DNA from: an uncultured Nitrososphaeraceae archaeon
GTDB taxonomy: Archaea; Thermoproteota; Nitrososphaeria; Nitrososphaerales; Nitrososphaeraceae
Length of the DNA stretch: 41,693 nucleotides
Direction of reading: 5' to 3'
NCBI GenBank assembly: GCA_963765895.1
Contig: CAVXZB010000010.1
Coordinates: 1-41,693, forward strand
Part shown: positions 10,726 through 22,254 of the stretch, piece by piece
How the letters are laid out: every line of letters begins with the position of its first letter
Position numbering within the stretch: the first letter of the stretch is position 1
Notes under the pieces: model-generated
What the model saw: the letters and a program-made list of their open reading frames with translations, nothing else
Told to the model about the DNA's origin: nothing
Database searches by the model: none
Translations under genes and position numbers: made by a program

Positions 10726-12024
10726 GGTTATAATACTAGTCTGATAAATGAATTCAGGAAATCTGATTTATTTGTTTTGTTTTTTAATCTTTCTCATTTT
10801 ATTGGAGCCTGAATCTTGTATTCGATCCATTAGTCCATATCTGCATAAAACCATTAGATTATATCTAGTTTTGTTCTATTTCTTGTAATATAGTAAATCG
10901 CCAAATACACTAGGGTATCAAAACTAGCTATAGTACATACCCAGTTCTGTGTAATGCAAATTGAATATAGATATAATATGATAAATTCATGATATGGAAT
11001 CCGATGTAATCCTGAAGATATTATGGTCACTATGACAGGTGAAATTGCATTTGTAACCTAAATAGTAGTCTATGACAATATAACGTAAATAATTAGTCCA
11101 GAGCTATTATCTGTCATTAGATACAATTACATGTTCCTTTTAGCAGATCTGAATCTAGATCCACCAACATTCAGGAATTGCGCGTTATATATTCTGTATA
11201 AAATTTGAGTGTAGCTGAAAAAATACAAAGATAGAAATATCTACATACATATTTTAAAAGTTTCTACGCATTTTAATTATTAGATGGGGGTTGGACGTCC
11301 CCATACATGCGATTAATCTGAGCTATCACATTATTCCAAGTTTTGAAATAAATCCAATTTTTTATGGCTGAAACCTGCGATGCACATATAATCAACTGGC
11401 AACACAGTTATGATCTGTAACAGTAGCCACAAGTATTAAATTATTGATCACAATTTAGTTAAAACTAGATTAGTAACCCAATCGGAAATAACAGAATGAA
11501 TCTTACTCACCGTATTAAGACACTTTTTGATTCGCAATCACATCTGGACATACAAAGTACCAAATTCATATCTATAGTTCTGAAGAAGACGAGATTTGTG
11601 TAGTGCTTTGTTGTTTCTCAAATAACTTCTGCAAATTATTTACAGAATGAGTATCATTTAAAATCATGATGTGTCCTATTTTCATAGTCAATTGATAATA
11701 ATTGGTTAAACTATTGTCTATTGAGAAATGTGGAGTTTGAAACATATTCGGTATTGGCATAAAACTGTTCATATCCATGTATGAAAATTTCGAAATATTT
11801 CCAAAATAGATCCAGACTATAATCTATTTTATGATATGGCTTAATTATTTACCTACAAAACCTCTGTGAGCTGCTTCCACTAGTATCGCATTTTTTTACA
11901 TAAATCCTCTATGTTAGGATCAGTAATGCGAGTATGGAAAACACCGGTATTCCAATACTCAAAATATACTTTTCAATTCTTTGACTTGTACTTTAAGTTA
12001 AAGACTTGTATGTGCCAGAAAGAA

Positions 12025-12032
12025 TTTAAATA
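12025..12032 (+). promoter_or_regulatory. Candidate archaeal TATA box (TTTAAATA) with purine-rich BRE, leaderless spacing
   Basis: About 30 bp upstream of the ATG at 12059 and preceded by CCAGAAAGAA. Confidence 0.45.
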
Positions 12033-12058
12033 TGCAAGCAAGCTATAGACTTTGAATT

Positions 12059-12535
12059 ATGTTGAAGATTTTAGAAGCAAGTCCTGGATTTGGTGGGCCT
12101 TTGAATGAACAAGAGACAAAGGATTTTTTGGCGGCTGCTAAATTAAACTTACACCTTGGAACAGTGGATGAGAAGGGCGATGCAAATATTCATCCTGCAT
12201 GGTACTATTATGATGTTCTGACTAACAAGATATACATTGAAACATCAAAGCAGGCGAAGAAAACGTATAATCTTAGAAAAAAAGAGGATGTTTACTTTTG
12301 TATTGATGAACCGAATCCCCCGTATAAGGGGGCGCGTGGCAAGGGAACCGTGAAGATACATGAAGATGTGAACTTTAATATTCCAATAGCAGAGAAGATT
12401 ATGGTCAAGTACTTGGGAAATCTAGAACATCCAATGGCTAAGACACTTTTAGATTTTCAAAAGAAAGGTCAATCCGTTGTCATAGAAATTAGCCCAAAGT
12501 ATTATTCTACTTGGGATTATAGTAAGCAGTCATAA
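12059..12535 (+). CDS. Pyridoxamine 5'-phosphate oxidase-like (PPOX class) FMN/F420-binding protein
   Basis: LGTVDEKGDANIHPAWY, T.KQAKK.YNL....V.FCIDEPNPPYKG.RG.G and C-terminal TWDY. Confidence 0.9.
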   Translation: MLKILEASPGFGGPLNEQETKDFLAAAKLNLHLGTVDEKGDANIHPAWYYYDVLTNKIYIETSKQAKKTYNLRKKEDVYFCIDEPNPPYKGARGKGTVKIHEDVNFNIPIAEKIMVKYLGNLEHPMAKTLLDFQKKGQSVVIEISPKYYSTWDYSKQS

Positions 12536-13275
12536 GTATCAAGTAAATTCACAGATCTTGGTAGGAGTGTCATTATGCTTAACGGCCTCTTTATCATTCT
12601 AACATGCCTAAGCAAAAGTATTTCTTAATCCATTAGTTTATCATCTTTGGCGATGAACCTTGGAGACCGACAGAAGCCATCTTTGATGTTACTATGCAAT
12701 TAAAATTAGGACGTACCTAACATTATTATTTAGCATGGAAGGAGTCATGAGCAGACCAGAAATAATTTAACTTACTAATCAATGCATCAGCTATAGAATA
12801 TTGAAGATCTTGCCTAGCAAATAATAATCGTCTACTCCTTTTCCAGCCGACTCTATATCTGATATTGATAGGAAAGTTAAGTTATTAAATTACTCATCAA
12901 TATGATAACTAATCTGGCGTGCTCACATTTAGGTACTCATAGGCAAAATTAGCATAGGCCAATGTCGAGTACTCTGTACATTCAATCCATGGCAGATTAG
13001 ACCCTGGATTTCCCAACTACCAAAGCAGTAAGTGTATAGTCTGTTTGTTTGCACATGGCTACGTGGTCTCTCAAGCGAATATTGTATCGTCGATTGGTAC
13101 AGATCATTTCCAAATATCCGTACCTTCAACACACGAAACAGTCAAGTATCCTTCGATTTCAACAACCAAAGCAGAAAGACCACGTGTCCACTTCAGTATT
13201 TGGTTATCTACAATTTGTAGGGAAGAAGATGACGATGAGGACCAATTCGAAAAAATGCGGTAACGGTGTTGTAAG

Positions 13276-13752
13276 TCACGTAAGTGCCAGGCTTTGTTTC
13301 CAAAGAAAATCAAATATTGCAAGATATGACGAAACGATTGATTTATTATTTGAGTAGATCGATAGGCCTGCTGCACCATACATATTGTCTTTGGTATCGT
13401 CCTTTATCTCTACTATAATAGATTCTTTTCTGTCAGCTACGACAATGGCGACTCTATTGCTTTCTGTATTCTCATTTAGAGCTCTAATATTAAGTCCGGA
13501 TAAAGTCTTTTTTAATTCCTCTACTATCTGCATAATTTGATTGTCCACAGGTGTAAGTATTCTAAATCTAACATTATTTTTTGAATACACTTCTTTTAGG
13601 AGCTGCATAGATATGCCAGTGCGTACATTGCGTCGAAAAGAATTGACTGTAGGATATGCTATCAATAACTCTTCTTTTGCAGAGATCAAAATATCATAAG
13701 CGCGATCTATTGATTCCTTTGAATTTTCTATAATCTCTACGTTAACTAACAT
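13276..13752 (-). CDS. Stand-alone copy of the PLD/TrmB-like sensory domain found N-terminal in thaumarchaeal histidine kinases
   Basis: SAKEELLI.YPT.NSFRR, RILTP, IVVADRKESIIVEIKDD...GLSIYSN.KSIVSSY..IFD.LWKQ. The ORF ends where HisKA would normally begin. Confidence 0.65.
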   Translation of the reverse strand: MLVNVEIIENSKESIDRAYDILISAKEELLIAYPTVNSFRRNVRTGISMQLLKEVYSKNNVRFRILTPVDNQIMQIVEELKKTLSGLNIRALNENTESNRVAIVVADRKESIIVEIKDDTKDNMYGAAGLSIYSNNKSIVSSYLAIFDFLWKQSLALT

Positions 13753-14073
13753 ACTAGTATAATATGTTTAGTAGTAGCTGCTATAAGTATTGTTCCTGTC
13801 GCTACAGTAAGATAAATCATCTCACCTACGTGCATTTGTCTATCATTATTATGCGATTAGGTATGCTTGCAAGCTCAGACAAAACATGATGGAATAGTTA
13901 ACATGAGCACTTTCAATCAATTTGGAATATACATTCCTGATAGGGAATAGGTAATGTGTATTATATAGATAAGACTATTGATATGACCTGAATTTATATG
14001 GACATGTTGATATCTATCTAGCTCAATCATGGATTATTATACTACATACATCTAAAAACCAAGTGTCTCTTTT

Positions 14074-14653
14074 CTATTTCTCTTGTGCAGTTGTTGCCGG
14101 AGATGACGTTGGCTCAGGGTGATTGGCATTGGTTATAGTATCCGTAGTAATAATTGAAGACCTAGGTCTAGAATCTGACTCCTGTGTTAAAATTATGTTT
14201 TCAACGATTTCTACAAATAACCTATTTATTTTGTTTACATCATTTGGTTCTTTATTTGCAGATAAGGAATATGGCCGCCTTTGAACTTATACAGATTATA
14301 TTCTCGCTCTTGTTTTCAGATATCGTGCTATATAAAAGCCAGTTTTCCTGAGATTTAGTCAATTGCAAAAATGCAGTAAACCCGAGTATGAGAGCGGCAG
14401 CAATAGAAGAGACAATTCCAATGGCAATAATTGAAGAGGATCTATTATTTGTGCTATTATTACTTGATATAACTATTACATTAAATATTATTATAAACAT
14501 TGTCAGAACGATGATTGAAACCCTCCAAATACGTAATCTGCGAGTTTTTGGTCTAGCATTATTCTTATATTGTCTTAATATTGGAAGGAATCTATTTTTT
14601 ATATAGTCAGAGATCTCTGGAGGCTTGGTAACATCAAAATGATAATAATCCAA
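14074..14653 (-). pseudogene. DUF4231 / SLATT-like 2-TM protein, frameshifted at ~14310
   Basis: YIKNRF, two TM helices and QENWLLYSTISE, continuing in another frame as EREYNLYKFKGG.....RLFVEIVENIILTQE to a TAG at 14074. Confidence 0.75.
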
Positions 14654-15111
14654 TTCATTTTTAGAATCAGTGGTACTAAAAGAAGAATTAATTTTCTAGG
14701 CTGTTTAGACCAATGAGGTAAGTACCTTTCAATTACCCGATACTTTGTAATGTCTTTTAATTTTACATAGGTTCACAGCCTTATGTTATACTTTATACAT
14801 ATTCAAGGTTCCATGACTGACCTTATTGACTAAATAAGATAGGTCAGGATGGGAATCTACTTTAATTATTCGTCAAGATAATAGCAGAAGGTCATTGTAT
14901 TAGATTAATGTATACCATAATGATAGCACAATAAAACAAGCAAGATGGGAACCCTGAAGGAACTGAAAAAGGAATTCGAAGACATGCATGGACGTAAGAA
15001 ATAGAATACCTATATTGAACTGTATTCCATAAGATATGTGAGCCGCAGGATATCAAGCAGAAAAAGGCAAAGTCATATTTTAAGAGAAAATACTGCTTAT
15101 TTTATGACCTC

Positions 15112-15252
15112 GGTTTTTTGACTGCATCTAAATTACATAACGAGAGCCTAAGAAACCCAACAAAAGAGATTCCCAATGAAGTGAAATGCTTTATCCCAAA
15201 GCCCTTAACCATCGAAGATTTGATAAGAAATGTAAAGAAACAGCTAACGTAA
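15112..15252 (+). pseudogene. C-terminal relic of a single-domain response regulator receiver
   Basis: GFLTASKLHNESL...CFIPKPLTIEDLIRNVKKQLT* (beta4 T-A and the KP motif). The N-terminal half is missing. Confidence 0.6.
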
Positions 15253-15517
15253 AATTCTCAATGAAGGCCATGCCGAATATAGATCTGAAGATCAATCGGA
15301 TCTCCAAAACCTTAGTGCAATCTACAAACTTTCGCTGCGCATAAAGAAATTCATTCTCTAACAAAATCTATATTATGGCCATATAAAATACTTCCATTAA
15401 TCCTAAACAACAATAATTATACACCAATTACTATTATGAGAGTCTCACCAGTGAAAATGACATAATCATGGTTTAAAAGTAAATATAAAATTAGGCATAT
15501 ATAATATCGATATAAGC

Positions 15518-17335
15518 GTGAGACCCGTTTTGCTTACTGTGGACGATGATCCAAATGTAGTTTGGGCTATCGAGCGTGATCTACGGCGGCAATACGGAAA
15601 ACGCTTTCGTATTCTTAGAGCTGAATCAGGTCAAAAAGCTCTTGGATTAGTGAAGCAATTAAAATTACGAAATGAGATCGTGGCATTGCTCTTAGCAGAC
15701 CAGCGAATGCCACAGATGTCTGGAGTGGAATTCCTAGAACAGTCTATCGATATATTTCCAGAAGCTAAGCGTGTATTACTTACAGCTTTTGCAGATACAG
15801 AGGCCGCAATAAGATCCATCAATAAAGCCAGAATCGATTATTACCTAATGAAACCATGGGATCCTCCTGAAGAACATTTGTTCCCCATCCTTGATGATTT
15901 ATTAGATGATTGGTGGGCTTCATTTAAACCTCCATATGAAGGAATTAGGGTTATAGGATTGAGATGGTCACCCAAATCATATGAGGTAAAACGCTTTCTA
16001 GCCAGAAATGGCATACCCTATCAATGGTTAGATATAGAATCTGATGAAGGTCACCGTTTAGTTTCTTATGTCGCCTCTACAAGCAAGGGTGAAGGATCTG
16101 GTCATATTTCCACCACCAGTATCGTTTCGGATTTTAATTCCAATCAGCCTAAAAACAACGATGATACTACCGCATCCTTAATTAGATCATCATCGTCATC
16201 ATCACCATCGTCTTCGTCTTCACTGTATCCTTCATTCTTAAATCTACCACTTGTGATTTTTCCCGACGGCTCTTACTTGGATGAACCGTCTGATTCCGAG
16301 CTTGTAGAAAAAATTGGTCTAAAGACTCAGGCACAGATGTCTTTCTATGATTTAATCATAATTGGAGCAGGACCCGCCGGATTGGCGGCAGCAGTATACG
16401 GTGCATCCGAGGGTCTTAGTACATTACTAATTGAAAGACAAGCACCGGGTGGGCAGGCGGCTATGAGCTCTAATATTGAAAACTATCTTGGCTTTCCTTC
16501 TGGTCTAACTGGCAGTAATCTTGCTAGACGAGCTGTTGCACAGGCGGTCCGATTCGGCGTCGAGATTCTAACTCCCCAGGAGGTTATGGGTATACAAATC
16601 AATGGTCCATATAGAATAGTTCATTTGACAGACGGGACAGAGATAAGTTGCCATGCCCTTCTAATTGCTAGTGGAGTATCATACCGTAAATTGGAAGATA
16701 TAAAGGGAATAGACAAACTGACTGGAGCTGGTGTATATTATGGTGCTTCCATGGTGGAGGCGCTATCATCACAAGGTGAAGATGTATATATGGTTGGTGG
16801 AGCAAACTCTGCAGGTCAAGCCGCAATTCATTTTTCCAAATATTCCAAAACAGTAACACTTGTAGTTCGTGGTGATTCTTTAACCAAAAGTATGTCATAC
16901 TATCTTATTAATCAAATAAATGGCACATCTAACATACATATATTATTAAACTCAAAGGTTACGGAAGTACAGGGTGAAAATAGACTTGAACTCGTTACCG
17001 TGTACAATACTCAAACAGGAGAACAGCATACTGTACCATGTTCTATACTCTATATATTTATAGGTGCAGTACCCCATACGGAAGTATTTGCTGGAATAAT
17101 AGAACGAGATGCAAATGGCTTTATCTTGACAGGCCAGGATTTGATACAAGATGGACGTAAACATCCTAGAGGCTGGAACCTCGATCGGCCCCCATTTTTA
17201 CTTGAAACAAATGTGCCTGGGATATTCGCTGCTGGAGATGTACGCCATGGCTCTACAAAGAGAGTGGCCACAGGTGTTGGAGAGGGATCTCTAGCTGTTC
17301 AATTAATACACCAATATTTAAAGAGTGTCAAATAA
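15518..17335 (+). CDS. Response regulator receiver-modulated FAD-dependent pyridine nucleotide-disulfide oxidoreductase (REC + glutaredoxin-like + TrxR-like)
   Basis: REC: VDDD, ADQRMP (phospho-Asp), LLTA, MKPW. FAD motif IIGAGPAGLAAA, NADPH motif VGGANSAGQAA, and PGIFAAGDVRHGS.KRVA.GVGEG. Confidence 0.95.
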   Translation: MRPVLLTVDDDPNVVWAIERDLRRQYGKRFRILRAESGQKALGLVKQLKLRNEIVALLLADQRMPQMSGVEFLEQSIDIFPEAKRVLLTAFADTEAAIRSINKARIDYYLMKPWDPPEEHLFPILDDLLDDWWASFKPPYEGIRVIGLRWSPKSYEVKRFLARNGIPYQWLDIESDEGHRLVSYVASTSKGEGSGHISTTSIVSDFNSNQPKNNDDTTASLIRSSSSSSPSSSSSLYPSFLNLPLVIFPDGSYLDEPSDSELVEKIGLKTQAQMSFYDLIIIGAGPAGLAAAVYGASEGLSTLLIERQAPGGQAAMSSNIENYLGFPSGLTGSNLARRAVAQAVRFGVEILTPQEVMGIQINGPYRIVHLTDGTEISCHALLIASGVSYRKLEDIKGIDKLTGAGVYYGASMVEALSSQGEDVYMVGGANSAGQAAIHFSKYSKTVTLVVRGDSLTKSMSYYLINQINGTSNIHILLNSKVTEVQGENRLELVTVYNTQTGEQHTVPCSILYIFIGAVPHTEVFAGIIERDANGFILTGQDLIQDGRKHPRGWNLDRPPFLLETNVPGIFAAGDVRHGSTKRVATGVGEGSLAVQLIHQYLKSVK

Positions 17336-17399
17336 ATAACAGTATCTTCACTGGCAGTACAAATAAAATACTCATAGCAGAAACTAAGAACGGAAGAGT

Positions 17400-18941
17400 A
17401 TGACGATTAGTTCAAAGGGTAGCAATCTCACTCGTGATGAAGAGGGTCTTTTTCATCAAATACGGCTATTTTCTGGGCTCTCACATGAAGAGCTAAACTC
17501 ATTAGAAAAAGGAAAGGAGGAATGGTACGAAAAGGGAGACAAAATAATTGCCGAAGGTGAAAATGATGCATTCTATGTTGTACTAAACGGAAAGGTGCAG
17601 ATCATATTAAAGGATGGGCCAAGAGAAGCACTCCTTTCTACATATGATTCAGGTGACCATTTTGGAGAGCTTTTAATAATTCTTGGTGAGCATCTCTCAG
17701 ATCATAAATGTGCTGCTTTTGCTGCTGAAAAAAGCCATTTACTAAGATGGGATAGTGACGCATTCTGGCGAATGGTGTACAGTTCACCTTCTCTGACTAG
17801 ACAGATTCTACATTCAATGGCGCGCCTTCTTAAATCATTGGAGACAGTACTAGAGCAGAATCAAAAGCTGATAGCACTCGGTAGCTTGGCTGCAGGTCTC
17901 GCTCATGAGTTAAATAATCCTGCCGCAGCTGCTAACAGATCTATCTCACAGCTATCTGATTCTATTTTAGAATGGAGGTCTCTGATGCAAAGGTTAAATA
18001 GTCCTGAAGGGATAACTTCTGCACAATGGTCGTACATTACTAAATTAAGGAATGATATTATAAAATTTGATTCGAACTCCGCGACTTATGTTACAGGCGA
18101 TCGTGGTACAAATGATATTATAGCACAAAGCGAAAAGGAGGAGCAGATCATAGGATGGCTTGAATCCCATGGTATTAATGATGGATGGAGGCTGGCATCT
18201 GAATTAGTCAATATAGGAATCACTATCGATACTATAAAGAATATCGATAGTACCTTAATGTCGCCGGAAGCTGATACCCATAACAGCAGAGTAGAGCAGA
18301 ATCTTAAAGATGTCTTAGGTTGGTTCGCTACAACAATAATGGTAGATCGTTTGCTTTATGTGATTAAAAGCAGCACTACGCGTATTAGCGACCTAGTCTC
18401 TGCGGTAAAATCATATTCTTATGTGGATCAGACCCCTCTTCAGGATGTCGATATCCATAAAGGGATAGAGAGCGCCTTGACCATCCTTCAGCATAAACTA
18501 AAGGAAACAGAGATAACTATAATTCGAGAATATGATTCTAAATTGCCGCATATTAATGCTTATGGAAATGAGCTGAATCAAGTATGGACCAATCTTATAG
18601 ATAATGCTATTGATGGAGTAGGAAAACATGGAACTATTTCAATTCGTACCAGAAACGAGGCTAACGATCATATACTTGTAGAAATAACAGACAACGGAAG
18701 TCAAGGCATTCCAGAAAATACAAAATCACGGATTTTTGAACCATTCTTTACAACAAAAGACCCAGGAAAAGGTACTGGCCTTGGATTGAGTATAACTCAT
18801 CGGATCATCACTGAGACGCACCAAGGAGACATACGGGTATATTCTAAACCAGGAGAGACTCGTTTTCAGGTTCGTCTGCCAATTATTTACAAAGATGGGC
18901 TCAAAGAAAGGTACTGGTCATGGATAAAGCCACAGGAATAG
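17400..18941 (+). CDS. Histidine kinase with an N-terminal cyclic nucleotide-binding (CRP-like) domain
   Basis: cNMP fold ([26 protein letters not shown]), H-box [11 protein letters not shown]-box [23 protein letters not shown] and GKGTGLGL. Confidence 0.95.
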   Translation: MTISSKGSNLTRDEEGLFHQIRLFSGLSHEELNSLEKGKEEWYEKGDKIIAEGENDAFYVVLNGKVQIILKDGPREALLSTYDSGDHFGELLIILGEHLSDHKCAAFAAEKSHLLRWDSDAFWRMVYSSPSLTRQILHSMARLLKSLETVLEQNQKLIALGSLAAGLAHELNNPAAAANRSISQLSDSILEWRSLMQRLNSPEGITSAQWSYITKLRNDIIKFDSNSATYVTGDRGTNDIIAQSEKEEQIIGWLESHGINDGWRLASELVNIGITIDTIKNIDSTLMSPEADTHNSRVEQNLKDVLGWFATTIMVDRLLYVIKSSTTRISDLVSAVKSYSYVDQTPLQDVDIHKGIESALTILQHKLKETEITIIREYDSKLPHINAYGNELNQVWTNLIDNAIDGVGKHGTISIRTRNEANDHILVEITDNGSQGIPENTKSRIFEPFFTTKDPGKGTGLGLSITHRIITETHQGDIRVYSKPGETRFQVRLPIIYKDGLKERYWSWIKPQE

Positions 18942-19570
18942 CAAAAACCCAAATCTTAGAGGAAATATGAATTCTGATTCAAAGCTGTATGGCGCCTATT
19001 GTCTATTAATAAACTAGTACATGCTTTTTATGAGCAATTATGAATATTAAGAATATATATTCCAATGATATAACCTAAAGCATTTCTTGAACTAGTCCAC
19101 TTGATTTCCTACTACGGCATAGCTTGCTTTCCTCCCAATCTTGTAATCCACCTGCATAACGCCTTTCTTGTAAGATGAGATGCATTTTCTTTAATCGTAG
19201 ACAACCTTTTATTTTCTTTGGGTATCGTGCTCAAAGACAGATTCTAGTAGGTCAAGACAAATGTTGACATCCTTCCTTATCGGCATGTTTCTGGACTAAA
19301 TCTAGTAGTTTAAGCAAGCTATTCATCACCTCATTTTTGGTCATTATCTCTAGTGGGGATACGATTTTCCCTTGTCTATCAGTCACTATTTATCCACTGT
19401 TGCAAGGGATTACCCAAGCTGAGACTATTATGTAAAGTCTGTCAATTTTATAGGTGATTGTTCCTTGCTCGATTTAGACTCGAATTACTGTTCACAAGAT
19501 AGCTTATAATTTCATAGGTTCTCTTATTAATATAGTCTAATACTGAGCTGTTTTCTTAAGTTATGGTGGA

Positions 19571-20089
19571 GTGGAGCAAGTGAGTGCAAGAATGTTAAGC
19601 ACATCTTCAACAACAGCGATGGCAAACACTGAACAAGAAAATGAGGTCATATCCCACCGATTTCATATGGAAATATTTCAAGAAGGAAAATTAGCTCTAG
19701 CAGATGAAATTCTGACTCCAGATTTCGTCCTGCATAATAATGTCATTCCTTCGGAGTTCGCCAAAGGTCCAGAAAGCATAAAGAGATTTGCATCAGGAGT
19801 AGTAGATTGTCTTCCTGATCGTCAATTCACACATCATGAAACAATATCCAAAGGAGACAAGGTTTTGATTCGATGGACAGTTACTGGCACGCCTAAAAGA
19901 GACTTTATAGGTGTACCTGCTAGCGACAAGCCAATAACAGTCACTGGCTTTGACCTCTTTAGGATTTCAGAGGGAAAACTTGCAGAGATGTGGGCAGCGA
20001 TGGAATATAGGAAGTTGGCAATGAATCAAAATTTTTATCCTATTTTACTTTTTTTGACTAATGCTCTAGCTGGGTTATTTCTGAATTAA
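19571..20089 (+). CDS. SnoaL-like ester cyclase / NTF2-fold protein; probable +1 frameshift near the C-terminus
   Basis: LADEIL.PDFVLH, GDKV.IRWT.TGT, G.D.FRISEGKLAEMW. Removing one G at 19992-19994 gives EMWQRWNIGSWQ* ending at 20024. Confidence 0.88.
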   Translation: MEQVSARMLSTSSTTAMANTEQENEVISHRFHMEIFQEGKLALADEILTPDFVLHNNVIPSEFAKGPESIKRFASGVVDCLPDRQFTHHETISKGDKVLIRWTVTGTPKRDFIGVPASDKPITVTGFDLFRISEGKLAEMWAAMEYRKLAMNQNFYPILLFLTNALAGLFLN

Positions 20090-20557
20090 GATACAGACTA
20101 CTCTTTTTAGCATCACCTAAAAGTATTAAGAATATAGCAGAAATTCAGAAGGTCATGTTTCTTATACTTTCGTAGATTTTATTTTGTCGTCCTCGTGAAT
20201 GTCTTTAGTTTTTACTACGTTTTGCATTAAAAGATTTTTGAACTACAAATCTGATAACAACATTAACCATAGTAGCATAAGTAAATTTTAGTCAGTTGAA
20301 AGAACTAACACAATCTCGGGCAAATTGTACAAATGGTATTGGCCTTCATCCTGTAACTTGTTATACTATAGTAGTCATAGTAATTTGTGATTCAAATTCT
20401 CTTCTCACTTATCGTTTAGTTTTGATTTTTTCATCCATTATCTTCCCTAACCAACTATACTAGGTAACGAAAGGCAAAGCCGGTAAGTGATGATATCGAA
20501 GGATCGTGAACGATCAGTAACTTGTTAAGCAAAGTGATTCAATGGATGTAGCAAAAC

Positions 20558-20630
20558 ATGAAGTTGTGTCTGATAAATAACTCCTTCAGGACAGTGGAAA
20601 AGAAATTTACTTTATTGATACTTAAGCAAG
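20558..20630 (+). pseudogene. N-terminal relic of an HxlR-family winged-helix regulator
   Basis: MKLCLINNSFRTVEKKFTLLILK resembles the HxlR start (CP...tf.iiGkKwtllIl). Similarity is lost after that. Confidence 0.35.
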
Positions 20631-21208
20631 TTACCAAAAGCACCCATAAGCTAAAAGTAATCATTGTATCATTTTTAACAGCATTAACTTTTGTTACTAT
20701 TTTAAATTCTATAGATCTCATGTTTTTACAAGGAGTACTTGACTTTAAGTTAATAAAACACGAAGATAGACGTCCAAGTCATGAACTGTTTGGCAAATGA
20801 AGAATAGGAGTTGAATAAAGATAACAAGAGTTGGTACTATCTTTTCATCTAGCTCCAAACCGGATAAGACAATTGAGTTGGAACAAGATTTGATCACAAT
20901 TCGGATTACGAACTGATATCTACTAATACTCCTAAACTATTATATCTCTCTGATTTTAGATGATGGACTTGATCAACCTCTTAATCTATCTTGATTAAAT
21001 TCTGGACTACCATATTCACTTATTTTTGACTTTCTTCCATGTACTTTTTTATGGATTTCTAAACGCCTTTTCTCTTCGAATTGTGTACCACATTCTTTAC
21101 ATTTAAAGGGCATTGATATAGGAATAATTCAATCAGCTAGGATAAAAGAATGTAGTGCAAAATCAATAAGAGTTAATAAAGTACGAATTTAGCACATTAC
21201 TGGATACC

Positions 21209-21772
21209 TTGAATGCAACTCACGATCTCAAGCTGGATCATTTAATCATCCGCAGGATTCGCAATATTGCCGTGAGGTGTTCAGATAAGCTATATGCAAA
21301 TGAGAATATCCCACTTGAGGACGTTGAAATTATATCTGTAATAATTGAAGAATTTATAGACGCATTTCATCACGGAAAAGAGGAAAAGGCATACTTTCCG
21401 CAGACCAGAGATAAAAATGGATTCAATGAGGATATTCGAAAATTTCTAATTGAACATGAGTTGGGGAGGAGAATCGCGCGAATGCTTTCAAGAGAAATAA
21501 AAGCATGGAGAAGAGGGATAGATTCTAGAGAACCAGTTGCGAGATTTTTAAAGTCATATGCAGTTTTTATAACCGATCACACTGGAAAGGAAGACAAATT
21601 CTTTGATTTAATTGAGGATAGAGGCCGCATCTCAACTAAAGAAGATGAAATGTTGATGAGGTATTATGCAGTTTGTAGAGACCAAGCTGGTGGGAAAGTA
21701 AGGGTTGAACAGATGATGAAATTAATAGATTATTTGGATGCCAGAGGGTGGATGAAAAATGACGTAGAATAA
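21209..21772 (+). CDS. Hemerythrin HHE cation-binding domain protein
   Basis: DH, DAFHHGKEEKAYFP, EHELGR and DHTGKED. A TATA-like TTAATAAA at 21173-21180 supports the TTG start. Confidence 0.9.
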   Translation: MNATHDLKLDHLIIRRIRNIAVRCSDKLYANENIPLEDVEIISVIIEEFIDAFHHGKEEKAYFPQTRDKNGFNEDIRKFLIEHELGRRIARMLSREIKAWRRGIDSREPVARFLKSYAVFITDHTGKEDKFFDLIEDRGRISTKEDEMLMRYYAVCRDQAGGKVRVEQMMKLIDYLDARGWMKNDVE

Positions 21773-21846
21773 CTTTTCGGTTTTTGTGTATTTAGGGCGT
21801 TCTACTAGCATTAGTGAAAAGAATTATTAGTCAGATACTAGTCTAA

Positions 21847-22254
21847 ATGATTGCTATAAATAAAAGCAACTATAAATCAATAAGGAAGAATTTGAAGATT
21901 TCAGAATTATGTAAAATGATTGAAAGCTCGATCAGATCTGGAAAATATCCGTTGGAAGATCTGCAACAAAAGACATTAGCAAATTCGGTTGAGGTCCTAA
22001 ATAGATCTGATTCTGAAGATTTGAAAAGCTCCGACATTAAAATAGAAGTTAGAATGCAAAACCTATATACAATAAATAATTACCTGCCTACTATACAACA
22101 CCTGCCAGGAGTAATTGAAACGGATGTCTTAGATTCTTTTAGAATGTTGTGCAGACGCTTGGGAAGAATAACAGAAGATCCAGAAGATAATTATTCTAAA
22201 TCAATTACTATTTCAGAAGACAAATTGCATAACCTGAGGTCTCAAACCAGTTGA
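21847..22254 (+). CDS. Hypothetical protein (thaumarchaeal-looking)
   Basis: Long clean ORF co-oriented with the hemerythrin gene. No family recognised. Confidence 0.7.
   Translation: MIAINKSNYKSIRKNLKISELCKMIESSIRSGKYPLEDLQQKTLANSVEVLNRSDSEDLKSSDIKIEVRMQNLYTINNYLPTIQHLPGVIETDVLDSFRMLCRRLGRITEDPEDNYSKSITISEDKLHNLRSQTS

Noticed and set aside
11572-11778. 68-aa minus-strand ORF in the 10.7-12.0 kb gap
   Set aside because: No motif, signal or context support in the frames I read.
12929-13379. Cluster of overlapping short ORFs on both strands
   Set aside because: No recognisable motifs, mutually overlapping, and partly antisense to 13276..13752.
15518-17335. Calling this gene trxB (housekeeping thioredoxin reductase)
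   Set aside because: It lacks the catalytic CxxC and is fused to a receiver domain.
19050-19390. Possible small minus-strand gene relic (MTKNEVMNSLLKLLDLVQKH...)
   Set aside because: Interrupted and no family recognised. It is not the UBP-type Zn finger that often follows this kinase pair in bacteria.
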